A stretch of DNA of 25,608 bases. Origin: Candidatus Methylomirabilales bacterium. Its GTDB lineage: Bacteria; Methylomirabilota; Methylomirabilia; Methylomirabilales; CSP1-5. The stretch spans positions 1 through 25,608 of the forward strand of contig JBHIAH010000035.1 of the NCBI GenBank assembly GCA_046758505.1, given 5' to 3'. This document shows positions 10,487 through 19,684 of the stretch, one piece after another. Every line of letters begins with the position of its first letter. Position 1 is the stretch's first letter. Under the pieces are notes generated by a model. The model did no database searches, was not told the DNA's origin, and saw only the letters and a program-made list of their open reading frames with translations. A program made the position numbers and the translations under genes.

Positions 10487-10561
10487 AGTCTCACACCGTC
10501 CTCGCCGAGAAGCCAAATACCAGGACTCATCGTTCCCGGCACGGAGGGCAACAGTACCCTC

Positions 10562-10589
10562 CTCTCGACTCTCTGCTCTCGACTCTCAG
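10562..10589. repeat. Four CTCTCGA-type heptamers
   Basis: CTCTCGA CTCTCTG CTCTCGA CTCTCAG; the last unit contains the hslV stop codon. Confidence 0.75.
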
Positions 10590-11113
10590 AGCTCCTCGAC
10601 GGTGATCTGATCATTGCTATAGACGGATATCTGCGCCGCGATCCGCAGCGATTCCTGCATGATGGTCTTCAGGTCCAGATCGGAGAATTTCACCAGCGCG
10701 CGGGCGGCGGCAGCGGCATAGGGACCGCCCGAGCCGATTCCCATGATGCCGTCATCCGGTTCGATCACGTCCCCTGTCCCCGAGATGATGAAGGAGTGTT
10801 CCTGATCTACGACCGCCAGCAGGGCCTCCAGTCGGCGAAGGATCCGATCGGTCCGCCAATCCTTGGCCAGCTCCACCGCCGCCCGGGGCAGGCTTCCCTG
10901 ATACTCTTCCAGCTTTCCCTCAAGCTTGCCGAAGAGGGCGAAGGCATCGGCGGCCGCCCCCGCAAAGCCAGCGACGACCTTGTTGTGGTACATTCGCCGA
11001 ACCTTCTTGGCGGTGTGCTTCATCACCGTTTCACCCAAAGAGACCTGCCCGTCCCCGGCCACCGCCACACGCCCCTTGTGGCGGACGGAAAGAATCGTCG
11101 TCCCCCGAATCAT
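10586..11113 (-). CDS. hslV: ATP-dependent protease peptidase subunit HslV (alternative GTG start at 11128)
   Basis: GTTIL (catalytic Thr), AGDGQVS, GFAG, WRTDR, IGSGG. Confidence 0.97.
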   Translation of the reverse strand: MIRGTTILSVRHKGRVAVAGDGQVSLGETVMKHTAKKVRRMYHNKVVAGFAGAAADAFALFGKLEGKLEEYQGSLPRAAVELAKDWRTDRILRRLEALLAVVDQEHSFIISGTGDVIEPDDGIMGIGSGGPYAAAAARALVKFSDLDLKTIMQESLRIAAQISVYSNDQITVEEL

Positions 11114-11147
11114 CGGTGCACGATTCACCGCTGATGACTCCACCGAT

Positions 11148-11280
11148 GGTTCATGGTTCGTGGCTTACGATTCATAGTTCATGGTTGATGGTTCATGGTT
11201 GATAGTCCAACGTCCAAAGTCCAGGGTCCTCGGTCCAACGTCCAAAGTCCAATGTCCTCGGTCCTGCGTCCAAAGTCCAA
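11148..11280. repeat. 19 contiguous in-register heptamers: 8 GGTTCAT-type then 11 NGTCCAA-type
   Basis: Parsed directly; no indels over 133 bp. Confidence 0.92.
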
Positions 11281-11282
11281 TC

Positions 11283-11590
11283 GACAGCGCCGGACCCCGC
11301 CAAGAGCGAGGAGGGGGTCCCTTCCGAGGCAGGCGCCATCTGGCGTGCGGTCCGCCTCCCAGCTGGCAGCAGCACCTGCAGGCCCCGAACGACATCGCCG
11401 GAAGCGGCGGGGCCCCTCGGCGGGCGACGGCCTGGGAAACCGAGGCGCGATCCGTGCTCATCGTCTGTGCACGGATCGTGAACACGGAGGGACCCGGGCC
11501 GTAAGCCGCCGAACAGGGTCGCCGCGAGAGGCCCGGAGCGAGGGGCCGAAGGTGCTGGTCCACGAGCATGAGGAAGGTCCCTCCGAACCC
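11283..11590. ncRNA. Candidate structured RNA/DNA element of unknown class
   Basis: Consecutive stems: 11292-98/11314-20, 11326-30/11354-58, 11381-87/11408-14, 11415-20/11440-45, 11448-57/11469-78 (10 bp) and 11485-94/11576-85 (10 bp). No recognisable protein in any frame. Confidence 0.4.
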
Positions 11591-11592
11591 TA

Positions 11593-11715
11593 GGTTGATG
11601 GTTGAGAGTCCAATGTCCGAGGTCCAAAGTCCAACGTCCGAGGTCCGAGGTCAAAATTCGAAATCGCTCTTGGCCCTTCCCCCTTCGCCCTTAGCTCTCG
11701 ACCCTCCACTCTTTT
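11593..11715. repeat. Composite heptamer array: GGTTGAT to NGTCCRA to AAATTCG to CYCTYSN
   Basis: Nine units at 11593-11655, a short AAATTCG-type stretch, then seven pyrimidine-rich units at 11667-11715 touching the xerC stop. Confidence 0.88.
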
Positions 11716-12646
11716 ACGCCTTCGGATGGGCCTTATCGTACACCGCCATGAGCTGATCCAGATTCACGTGGGTATAGCGCTGGGTCGTGGTCAGCCTGGC
11801 ATGCCCGAGCAGCTCCTGGATCACCCGGAGGTCTGCGCCCGCCTGCAGGAGATGGGTGGCAAAGCTATGCCGAAGCCCGTGGGGCGTGATGGCCTTGCCC
11901 ATACCGCTCCTCCGCAGATACTTCTCGAGAAGCCGCTCCACACTCCGGGCGCTCAGGCGGCCCCCGCGCTGATTGAGAAAAAGGAACGCCCGACGCTGAG
12001 CGACCCCCGGGGAGGGTGACCCTGTACGCCTCCCGCCCCCGCCCAGCGACGCTCTCGCCCCGAGGTATGCCGCCAAGGCCCCTGCCGCCGGCCGCCCGAT
12101 CGGGACGATCCGTTCCTTTTTCCCCTTCCCCATGACTCTCACCAGGCGCTGCCCGAGATCCAGGTCTTCGACGGCCAGGCCGGTGAGCTCCCCCACCCGG
12201 ATCCCCGACGCATAGAAAAGCTCCAGGATCGCCCGATCCCGAAGGGAGAGGGGGTCCTCGCCCTGGGGCGTGGCGAGGAGCTGAAAGGCCTGATCCACCG
12301 TGAGGTGCGGGGGCAGCGTCTTGGGAAGTTTGGGGGTCGTCACCAGCGCGGCTGGATTCCAGCCGAGCAGCCCACGACGGCAGCAGAACTGAAAGAACGA
12401 CCGCAGGGCCGCCACCTTGCGAGCCAGCGTCCCCGGGGCAAGCCCCCGATTTCGCAACGAGGCCATGAACGCCCGCACGGTGAGCGGGTCAATCCGCGTG
12501 AGGAGTGTCTCGCGGGGCACGTCCGGATACACCTGCAGGAGGAAGCCGAGGAACTGCGCCAGGTCAATCCGGTAATTGCGCACCGTATGCGAAGAGGATT
12601 CCTCAACCTCGAGCTCGCGAAGGTACTGATCCACCAGGTGCTGCAC
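11714..12646 (-). CDS. xerC: Tyrosine recombinase XerC
   Basis: GIRVGEL, GKGKKER, HGLRHSFATH, LGH, TQRYTH..YDKAHPKA; GTG start with GGAGG RBS; trmFO-xerC-hslVU synteny. Confidence 0.93.
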   Translation of the reverse strand: MQHLVDQYLRELEVEESSSHTVRNYRIDLAQFLGFLLQVYPDVPRETLLTRIDPLTVRAFMASLRNRGLAPGTLARKVAALRSFFQFCCRRGLLGWNPAALVTTPKLPKTLPPHLTVDQAFQLLATPQGEDPLSLRDRAILELFYASGIRVGELTGLAVEDLDLGQRLVRVMGKGKKERIVPIGRPAAGALAAYLGARASLGGGGRRTGSPSPGVAQRRAFLFLNQRGGRLSARSVERLLEKYLRRSGMGKAITPHGLRHSFATHLLQAGADLRVIQELLGHARLTTTQRYTHVNLDQLMAVYDKAHPKA

Positions 12647-12728
12647 TGCCGCCTCCCATAGCGACCGAGGGGATAGCCCCATCCGCTATCCCCCCGGAAA
12701 TGCACGATACGGCCTGACGCAGCAAAGA

Positions 12729-14099
12729 TCAAGCAAAAATTCGGCTCCAGGCCTCCATAGCCTTGAGGGACCGCCCGGCCAAGGCTGCATGGCGCTCGCG
12801 CCGGTCACGGACCCTGGCTTCGAGGGGGGGCAAGAGGCCGAAGTTGGCATTCATCGGCTGGAACCGCGAGGGATCGGCTGTACTAATGTAGCACAAGAGC
12901 GCCCCCAGCATTGTATCACCCGGAGGGCTCACCGGCTTCAGGCCCTGGACAAGCCGGGCGGCATTGATCCCGGCCACGAGCCCGGACGCCATCGACTCCA
13001 GATACCCCTCGACCCCAATGAGCTGCCCGGCGAAGAACAGCCCTTTGTCCCCTTTGAACTGAAGCGTCGGCTCGAGCAGCAGCGGGGCAGGAATATAGGT
13101 GTTGCGATGAACGCTGCCGTAGCGGAGGAACTCCGCCCGCTCAAGACCCGGAATCATCCGGAAGACGCGCCGCTGCTCCCCCCGTCTCAGACGCGTCTGA
13201 CACCCCACCATGTTGACCATCTGGCCTGCCCGGTCCTCATGGCGGAGCTGCACCACCGCACAGGGGCGCCGCCCCGTCCGCGGGTCGATCAGGCCCACCG
13301 GCTTCAGGGGGCCATACAGGAGCGCCTCTCGGCCCCGCCGCGCCAGCTCCTCGATGGGGAGACACCCCTCAAAGAAACAGGCCTCTCCCAGATCCTCGAA
13401 GTCGTGAAGGGGATAGAGCTCTGCTGCAACCAGGGCCTGCCGGAAGGCGTCGTACTCTTCCGCGGTCATGGGACAGTTCCAGTAGTCGTCCCCTCCCTTG
13501 CCATAGCGGGAGGCGGCGAAGACCTTCCCCCGCTCGATCGACTCCGTCGCCAGGATCGGGGAAATGGCGTCATAGAAATAGAGGAGCCGCGCGCCCGGCG
13601 AGGAATGCGCACCCGCAGGCTGCTCTTCCAGATACGTGCGGAAGAGGTGCCGGAGGCTTTCGGCGAGGGGGCTCGAGGTCAAGGGACCCGTCGCAATGAT
13701 CACGGGCCGATCGGCGGGGATGGCGGTCACTTCCTCCCGATGTCGCTCGACGAGGGGGTGGCCTTCGACCCGGCGGGTCACCTCCCGCGCAAAGGCGGTT
13801 CGGTCCACTGCCAGGGCGGTCCCGGCGGGGACCGCGTGTGCCTTGGCCGCCTGCTGAATCACCGAACCGATCCGGGCCGCCTCGGCGTGCAGCAGACCGG
13901 AGGCACTGCCGAGCTCCTGAGACTTCAGGGAATTGCTGCAGACCAGCTCGGCCAGCAGGTCGGTTTGATGCGCCGGGGTGCTGGCGGTCGGCCGCATCTC
14001 AAGCAGGCGCACCGGAACCCCCCGTTCGGCCGCCTGCCAGGCCGCCTCCGCACCCGCCAGCCCACCGCCGACGATGGTTACGAACGCCGTGGGTTCCAT
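12729..14099 (-). CDS. trmFO: Folate/FAD-dependent tRNA (m5U54) methyltransferase TrmFO (Gid)
   Basis: [55 protein letters not shown]; start at 14099 just after the topA stop. Confidence 0.96.
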   Translation of the reverse strand: MEPTAFVTIVGGGLAGAEAAWQAAERGVPVRLLEMRPTASTPAHQTDLLAELVCSNSLKSQELGSASGLLHAEAARIGSVIQQAAKAHAVPAGTALAVDRTAFAREVTRRVEGHPLVERHREEVTAIPADRPVIIATGPLTSSPLAESLRHLFRTYLEEQPAGAHSSPGARLLYFYDAISPILATESIERGKVFAASRYGKGGDDYWNCPMTAEEYDAFRQALVAAELYPLHDFEDLGEACFFEGCLPIEELARRGREALLYGPLKPVGLIDPRTGRRPCAVVQLRHEDRAGQMVNMVGCQTRLRRGEQRRVFRMIPGLERAEFLRYGSVHRNTYIPAPLLLEPTLQFKGDKGLFFAGQLIGVEGYLESMASGLVAGINAARLVQGLKPVSPPGDTMLGALLCYISTADPSRFQPMNANFGLLPPLEARVRDRRERHAALAGRSLKAMEAWSRIFA

Positions 14100-14107
14100 G
14101 ACCGTGA

Positions 14108-16567
14108 TTATCCCCGGGGCTTGCGGTATTTGCAACCCTCCGTCGCACACCGGAGCTCCAGACCCTGGCGAGTCCGGCGCTCCACGAGGAAGGCAGCACC
14201 ACATTCGGGGCAGGGCTCGGGGACCGGGCGATTCCAGAGGACGAAGGTGCACTCGGGATAGCCCGTGCAGCCGTAGAAGCCCCTCCCCCGCTTCGAGCGA
14301 CGCTGGGTCAGGGCCGCGCCGCACCGGGGGCATTTGACGTCGAGGGGGAGCGGCCTCACGGTTCGACACTTCGGATAGCTTGAGCAGGCCAGGAATCGGC
14401 CATACCGGCCGTGGCGGACCACCATCGGAGCCCCGCAGGTCTCGCATTTCTCATCCGTGGGCTCCGGTGCTATCTTTTCTTTCCCTTCAGCGGAGAGGAC
14501 GTTCCGGCACTCGGGATATCCGCTACACGCCCAGAAGAGTCCGTACCGCCCCCGTTTCAATACCATGGGCCGTCCACACTGCTCACACACCTTGGTCTCG
14601 CTGACCGGCGACGGGCGACCGGCGACCGCCTCTGGTCTCTCCCCACCCCCGTCATCGGTCATCGGTCCGCGGTCATCAGCCGGGGAGAGTTCGCGCGTGT
14701 TCTTGCATTCGGGGTAGGCCGAGCAGGCCAGGAACTTCCCGAACCGACCCCAGCGAATGACCATCGGGCTCCCACACTTCTCGCAGGTCTCCTCGGTCTT
14801 CTCCTCGAGGGCTTTGAGATTCTCCATCCCGGTCTTTGCGTGCTCCAGCCACTTGGAGAAGGCCCCGTAGAACCGCCGCATCTCTTCCAGCCAGTCGGCA
14901 TTCCCCTCCTCGATCTCGTCGAGGACCGACTCCATCCGGGCGGTGAAGGCATAATCCATGATCCGGGGGAAGCTCTTGACGAGAAGATCCACCACCACCT
15001 CCCCCATCTCGGTCGGCCTGAATTTTCCCTTGTCTTTCACCACGTAATCGCGATTCTGAATCACCTGCAGGATCGGCGCATAGGTACTGGGCCGGCCGAT
15101 CCCCTTTTCCTCGAGCTCCTTCACTAACGTCGCCTCGGTGTACCGGGGCGGTGGGTGGGTGAAGTGCTGTGCGGAATCGAGTGACCGCAGCCCCAACACG
15201 TCCCCCTCCTGCAGGGGCGGCAGCGTCATCTCCCGGTCGGCCTCGCCATCCCCATCGGCCTCCTGTCCCTCCTCCGCGCGCGGCTTGACCCCCTCGTCGG
15301 TCCCTTCCACATAGAGCCGCATGAACCCGTCGAATCGCGTGACGCGACCCGTGGTCCGGAACAGGAAGCGACCCGCCTCCACCTCGACCGTGGTCACGTC
15401 GAAGAGGGCGGGGCACATCTGCGAGGCGACGAACCGGTTCCAGGTCAAGGCGTAAAGGTTCAGCTGGTCTTTTGTGAGGTAGCGGGCCACGGCTGCGGGG
15501 TCCCGGGCGACCGACGTCGGCCTGATGGCCTCGTGGGCCTCCTGCGCCGCCTTGGCACTCTTATAGACGGGGGGCTGCTTGGGCACGTACGCCCCGCCAA
15601 ACCGCTCGCCAATGTAATGGCGGGCCTCACCCACCGCCTCGGTCGACACGCGGGTCGAGTCGGTCCGCATGTACGTGATCAGACCGACCGCCCCCTCCTC
15701 CCCCAGCTCGATCCCCTCGTAGAGCTGTTGCGCCAGCGCCATGGTCCGCCGGGCGGTCATCCGGAGCTTTCGGACCCCCTCTTGCTGGAGCTTTGAAGTG
15801 GTGAAGGGCGGAACCGGGTGGCGCCGCCGCTCTCGGGTACTGACCCCCGTGACCCGGAAGGATGCCTGCTCGAGCTCCCGGACGAGGGCCTGGGCCTCGG
15901 CGCCGGTGCGCACCTCGGCCTTTTCCCCATCCACCTTGAAGAGCCGGGTCCGAAACTCCGGCGGCGCGCTTGCGGCCAGCAGGGCCTCGATGGTCCAGTA
16001 CTCCTGGGAAACAAAGGCGCGAGCCTCCCGCTCGCGATCGACGATCAGGCGAAGCGCCACGGATTGGACCCGGCCGGCGCTTAGGCCTCGCCGAACCTTC
16101 TCCCACAGGAGGGGGCTCACCTGGTACCCGACCAGACGATCGAGGATACGGCGCGCCTGTTGGGCCTCCACTTTCTTGAGATCGAGCGAGCCGGGATGCG
16201 CAAAGGCCTCTGCAACCGCCCGCCTGGTCACCTCATGAAACACGACCCGATGTACCGCCCTCTTCGGCGGTTTCAGCTCTTGGACGAGATGCCACCCGAT
16301 CGCCTCCCCTTCCCGATCCGGATCGGTCGCCACGTAAATGGCCTGTGAGCCTCGGGCGGTCTTGCGGAGATCTTCCATGACCTTCTCCCGTCCCCTGACC
16401 ACCTGGTACTGGGGCGTAAAGTCCCGCTTGACATCCACCGCGAGGCGATTCGGAGGCAGATCGCGGACATGACCATAGGAGGCCTTCACCAGATATCCCT
16501 TTCCCAGGAATTTGGTGATGGTCTTGGCCTTGGCCGGCGATTCCACAATGACCAGCGATTTCGCCAT
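14108..16567 (-). CDS. topA: DNA topoisomerase I with five C-terminal Zn-ribbon motifs
   Basis: [49 protein letters not shown] and five CxxC..CxxxxxC-like motifs. Confidence 0.98.
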   Translation of the reverse strand: MAKSLVIVESPAKAKTITKFLGKGYLVKASYGHVRDLPPNRLAVDVKRDFTPQYQVVRGREKVMEDLRKTARGSQAIYVATDPDREGEAIGWHLVQELKPPKRAVHRVVFHEVTRRAVAEAFAHPGSLDLKKVEAQQARRILDRLVGYQVSPLLWEKVRRGLSAGRVQSVALRLIVDREREARAFVSQEYWTIEALLAASAPPEFRTRLFKVDGEKAEVRTGAEAQALVRELEQASFRVTGVSTRERRRHPVPPFTTSKLQQEGVRKLRMTARRTMALAQQLYEGIELGEEGAVGLITYMRTDSTRVSTEAVGEARHYIGERFGGAYVPKQPPVYKSAKAAQEAHEAIRPTSVARDPAAVARYLTKDQLNLYALTWNRFVASQMCPALFDVTTVEVEAGRFLFRTTGRVTRFDGFMRLYVEGTDEGVKPRAEEGQEADGDGEADREMTLPPLQEGDVLGLRSLDSAQHFTHPPPRYTEATLVKELEEKGIGRPSTYAPILQVIQNRDYVVKDKGKFRPTEMGEVVVDLLVKSFPRIMDYAFTARMESVLDEIEEGNADWLEEMRRFYGAFSKWLEHAKTGMENLKALEEKTEETCEKCGSPMVIRWGRFGKFLACSAYPECKNTRELSPADDRGPMTDDGGGERPEAVAGRPSPVSETKVCEQCGRPMVLKRGRYGLFWACSGYPECRNVLSAEGKEKIAPEPTDEKCETCGAPMVVRHGRYGRFLACSSYPKCRTVRPLPLDVKCPRCGAALTQRRSKRGRGFYGCTGYPECTFVLWNRPVPEPCPECGAAFLVERRTRQGLELRCATEGCKYRKPRG
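14600..14680. repeat. Inverted heptamer array inside the topA coding sequence
   Basis: GACCGGC-type units at 14603-14628 and CGGTCAT-type units at 14650-14676. Confidence 0.75.
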
Positions 16568-16589
16568 CGTTGAGTGTTCCTCCCGAGAA

Positions 16590-16792
16590 CAGCGGTCAGC
16601 TATCGGCAGTCAGCGGTCAGCACTTCAAAACCAGCCGTCAGCAGTCCGCAGTCAGCATATGCAAGGCGGCAGTCAGCAGTCCGCGGTTAGCTTTGGGAAC
16701 TAGCAGTCAGCGCCCAGCTGTCGGCTATCAGCAGAAATTCCAAGATGACAATAAAGCTGTTTGCTGACTGCTGATCGCTGATAGCTGACAGC
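16590..16792. repeat. Four direct CAGCNRT blocks separated by 9-10 bp spacers, plus one inverted block
   Basis: Blocks at 16590-16621, 16632-16656, 16667-16691 and 16701-16732; inverted block at 16763-16792. Confidence 0.9.
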
Positions 16793-16831
16793 CCTCTTTA
16801 TCGGTCGTCGTGGACCGATGCATTCACAAAC

Positions 16832-17016
16832 AGGCATGGGAAGCCGCCTCCACGAGGAAGGCGGAAACTGGCTTGCGTCCGGCCGGGGTCCCGCAGCTCG
16901 AAGGGCTGGGGTGGCCGTCCTTCCGCCACAAAAAGAACGCGGTGCGGAACGACACGGTTTTCACCCGGCCACCGTACAGAATTTTCCGCCGACGAGGGAA
17001 ACGGCTTGCCATGCCT
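16832..17016 (-). ncRNA. Candidate 185-nt structured RNA or palindromic miniature element
   Basis: Closing stem AGGCATGG-C-AAGCCG-TTTCC pairs with GGAGG-CGGCTT-C-CCATGCCT on the minus strand (two G-U pairs). Nested perfect 8-bp stems at 16860-67/16983-90 and 16910-17/16966-73, and a 6-bp stem at 16921-26/16944-49. Confidence 0.55.
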
Positions 17017-17022
17017 CATTCC

Positions 17023-18120
17023 TTAATCGTGCACGCGCACGAAGGTCTTGCCTGACAACTGCCTCACCCACCCCTTCATCTCGAGGGAGAGGAGCGAGGC
17101 GGCTACCGCCGGCGCGGGGAGTCCCGAGCCGGCAATCACCGCATCGATATGGACCGGTTCCTCGCCGAGCAACCGGAGCACGCCACCCTCCTCCCCTTCT
17201 ACGGGCGGCAGAGGGGGCTCGGGGGGGACGGCTTGCGGTAACGCACGGGTCTCGATCCGCAGCTCCTCCATCACGTCTTCCCACCCCTCGGTGAGCTTGG
17301 CCCCCGCCTTGATCAACCGGTGACACCCCTGGCTCAGCCGGCCCCGGACCATCCCCGGGACCGCAAAGACTTCCCGTCCCTGCTCCAGGGCATGATTCGC
17401 GGTGATGAGCGCCCCGCTCTCCACGGTCGCCTCGACCACAACGACGCCCAGGGTGAGCCCGCTGATCAGCCGGTTCCGCTGGGGAAAGTTCCCCTTGAGC
17501 GGACCCGTCCCCAGGGGAAACTCACTCACCAGGGCCCCCCGCGCCGCAATCGCGTCGGCGAGCTTCCGATGCTCCGACGGATACACGATATCGGGCCCCG
17601 ATCCCAGGACGGCAATGGTCCGCCCACCGGCCCTGAGCGCGCCCCGATGCGCCGCCCCATCGATCCCCCTCGCCAATCCGCTCACAACGGTGAGCCCCCG
17701 TGTCGCCAAGTCGAAGGCGAGGCGTTCGGCGACCCCCCGGCCGTACGGGGTAGCGCTCCTCGAGCCCACAATGGCTACCGCTCGCCGGTCCCCCTCCTCC
17801 CAGCAGCCCCGAACGTAGAGGACGGGTGGGGGCTGATGGATCTCTCGCAGCGGCGCGGGGTACTCCACATCCCGGAGCATCAGGAATCGGAGACCCCGTG
17901 ACCTCATCCGCTTCTGCTCCCGAGCGACCGCCTCGGCTGCGGGAAACGAGCGGATGGCCTCCGCGGTGGCGGGCCCGATTCCGGAAACACCCTCGAGTGC
18001 CTTCCGCGAAGCCCGCAGGATACGTCCCGCCGTTCCGAAGTGCTCAAGGAGCGTAGCAAAGATGATCGGCCCCACATGCGGCACCATGTTGAGTGCCAGC
18101 CATGCCTCCCGCTCCTGCAT
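17023..18120 (-). CDS. dprA: DNA-processing protein DprA (Smf)
   Basis: PPPVLYVRG, VAIVGSR, VSGLARGIDGAAH, FPQRNRLISG, GREVFAVPG and a C-terminal winged helix. Confidence 0.97.
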   Translation of the reverse strand: MQEREAWLALNMVPHVGPIIFATLLEHFGTAGRILRASRKALEGVSGIGPATAEAIRSFPAAEAVAREQKRMRSRGLRFLMLRDVEYPAPLREIHQPPPVLYVRGCWEEGDRRAVAIVGSRSATPYGRGVAERLAFDLATRGLTVVSGLARGIDGAAHRGALRAGGRTIAVLGSGPDIVYPSEHRKLADAIAARGALVSEFPLGTGPLKGNFPQRNRLISGLTLGVVVVEATVESGALITANHALEQGREVFAVPGMVRGRLSQGCHRLIKAGAKLTEGWEDVMEELRIETRALPQAVPPEPPLPPVEGEEGGVLRLLGEEPVHIDAVIAGSGLPAPAVAASLLSLEMKGWVRQLSGKTFVRVHD

Positions 18121-18174
18121 GAGCCCCCCGAACGAGACCAGTCGCTGCCGCGAGGTATAGATATTAAGGTTGGG

Positions 18175-18202
18175 ATTATACCCGGGAAGGAACAAGAGTC
18201 AA
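18175..18202 (-). promoter_or_regulatory. Sigma70 promoter for dprA-topA
   Basis: Minus strand TTGACT-N16-TATAAT, about 55 bp upstream of the dprA ATG. Confidence 0.7.
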
Positions 18203-18226
18203 GGGGGACCCGATGGAGCGCGGCAG

Positions 18227-18340
18227 AAGCAGTCAGCTATCAGCAGTTGAGCACGAACAGCCGTCAGCAGTCAGGAACGCGCCGTCAGCAGTCAGCCTGG
18301 AAGATCCTGAAGCTGATTGCTGATCGCCGACAGCCGACGG
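18227..18340. repeat. Three direct CAGCNRT blocks plus an inverted block
   Basis: Direct blocks at 18227-18296; inverted GCTGATTGCTGATCGCCGACAGCCGACGG at 18312-18340. Confidence 0.85.
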
Positions 18341-18341
18341 G

Positions 18342-19493
18342 TTAGGGCATCTTCCGGCGGAGGACGATCCGCTCGCCCACACGCAGAACGAGGCTGGAGC
18401 GGGTCAAAAGCCCCACGGCCGACTTGGTGAAGGTCCGAAGCACGACCATCTCGCCCTGCTTGAGCGGCGCCAGGGGAACTGCCCGACCGGTTGCCGGGCT
18501 CGTGGTAATGCCGGACATCTGGTAGACGGCGAACTCATCCCCAGGAACGATCCCCTTTGCCTGTCCGACATCCACATACACGATGTCTCCCCTCCCCAGG
18601 GAATCGGCCTCTGACTTGGAGCCCACAATGTAGCCTCTGACGCGGAGATCGGTGGGCTCACTCATGCCGAGGGGAGGGGCGACCCGTGTCTTCAACTCCA
18701 CCAGACCGTCCCCGGGGGCCATATCCTCACAATTGTACACGACCTTGGCCCGCGGAGACGCGCCCGCGGTGCTGACGATCTCGACGGTCCCCAGCGTCCT
18801 CACCTTGACACCCACCGACCGGCCCGTCGCCGGATGGCTGACTGCCTTGGTAGGGCGGATCACCCGGAACCGATCTCCCCGCTGGACCTTCCGTCCTCCC
18901 AGATCGAGAAAGACCTGCGTTCCATACCAGAGCCGCAGATCATGTTCCTCGGTCGACCGGACGATCACGCCGATCTCATGGACCTCCCGAGGATCCGCCA
19001 CGAAGCCGCTACACTCCAAGGCTGGCCGGGGGATTGCGAGGATCGGGCGAGCCTCCGGAACCTTGATCACCTCCTCCGGCTTCTCGAGCTCTGCCACCTC
19101 AGACGGCGGGGGAGCCTCGACCGGAGGGGAGACCGGCGGGGCAACGCGCTCCTCCGCGATCGGAGGGACCGGAGGAGCTTCCACGACCGGTTGTGGCGGG
19201 GGGGTGACCCCGGGGATGACCAAGGGGTCGCCGGGGAAGATCAGGTTCGGGTTGCTCACAAAGGGATTTTCTTTCCAGATCTTTGGCCAGAGACGAGGGT
19301 TATCGAGGTAGCGGCCGGCGATGGCCCACAAGGTATCCCCATCCCGAACGATGTAGGTCCCGTCCGGGCGGATCTCCGGCTTCTCCCCTTGCTCTGCGCC
19401 GGTGGCCTCCCGCTGGGCCCCGACCGGCCCCACGAGAAACCCGGTGACCGCCACACAGATCAGCACTGCCCATATCTTGCCTTTGCTCATCAT
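18342..19493 (-). CDS. Exported LysM-domain protein (TsaP-like)
   Basis: Signal peptide, LysM motif YIVRDGDTLWAIA..WPKIW..NPNLIFPGD, Pro-rich linker and beta-rich C-terminus (HPATGR..G); lies directly upstream of dprA. Start is 19499, 19493 or 19490. Confidence 0.88.
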   Translation of the reverse strand: MMSKGKIWAVLICVAVTGFLVGPVGAQREATGAEQGEKPEIRPDGTYIVRDGDTLWAIAGRYLDNPRLWPKIWKENPFVSNPNLIFPGDPLVIPGVTPPPQPVVEAPPVPPIAEERVAPPVSPPVEAPPPSEVAELEKPEEVIKVPEARPILAIPRPALECSGFVADPREVHEIGVIVRSTEEHDLRLWYGTQVFLDLGGRKVQRGDRFRVIRPTKAVSHPATGRSVGVKVRTLGTVEIVSTAGASPRAKVVYNCEDMAPGDGLVELKTRVAPPLGMSEPTDLRVRGYIVGSKSEADSLGRGDIVYVDVGQAKGIVPGDEFAVYQMSGITTSPATGRAVPLAPLKQGEMVVLRTFTKSAVGLLTRSSLVLRVGERIVLRRKMP

Positions 19494-19684
19494 CGTCATC
19501 GTCCTCCGCTGTCCCCTCCGCTGTGGCCCTGCCGCCGAAAGCCAAAACCCACCACCCGACAGCCGCGCCGCAACGGACTCGCCCCGAGCGACACTCTTCC
19601 TTCTCCCCCATTGGCGCTTTTCTTTTCCAACGCTTTTTGCCTGCAATAGATGTAGCAAAACCGGGCAGTCGAAGATAGCCCACG

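Noticed and set aside
11570..11580. GAGGAAGGTCC resembling the RNase P RNA GAGGAAAGTCC motif
   Set aside because: One mismatch, located at the 3' end of the structured segment, and other RNase P conserved regions are absent.
11165..11654. Several 107-153 aa ORFs in the xerC-hslV gap
   Set aside because: They begin or end in heptamer arrays, giving pseudo-repeat peptides (VQSP, WTLD); no family similarity or RBS support.
11714..12646. Tyrosine recombinase as a prophage or island integrase
   Set aside because: The topA-trmFO-xerC-hslVU context is the standard chromosomal XerC locus, with no att sites or phage genes.
12789..14261. Long plus-strand ORFs antisense to core genes (also 4911-5888, 10019-11134, 19688-20554, 20172-21035)
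   Set aside because: Shadow ORFs expected from high-GC codon bias opposite well-identified genes; no recognisable motifs.
14100..14447. 116-aa N-terminal extension of trmFO (similar extensions for argF, hslU, dprA and LysM)
   Set aside because: These extensions overlap upstream genes, promoters or intergenic DNA; family homology and RBS positions indicate later starts.
16590..16792. CRISPR-like repeat/spacer appearance
   Set aside because: Repeats are degenerate heptamer runs of unequal length, spacers are only 9-10 bp, and there are no cas genes.
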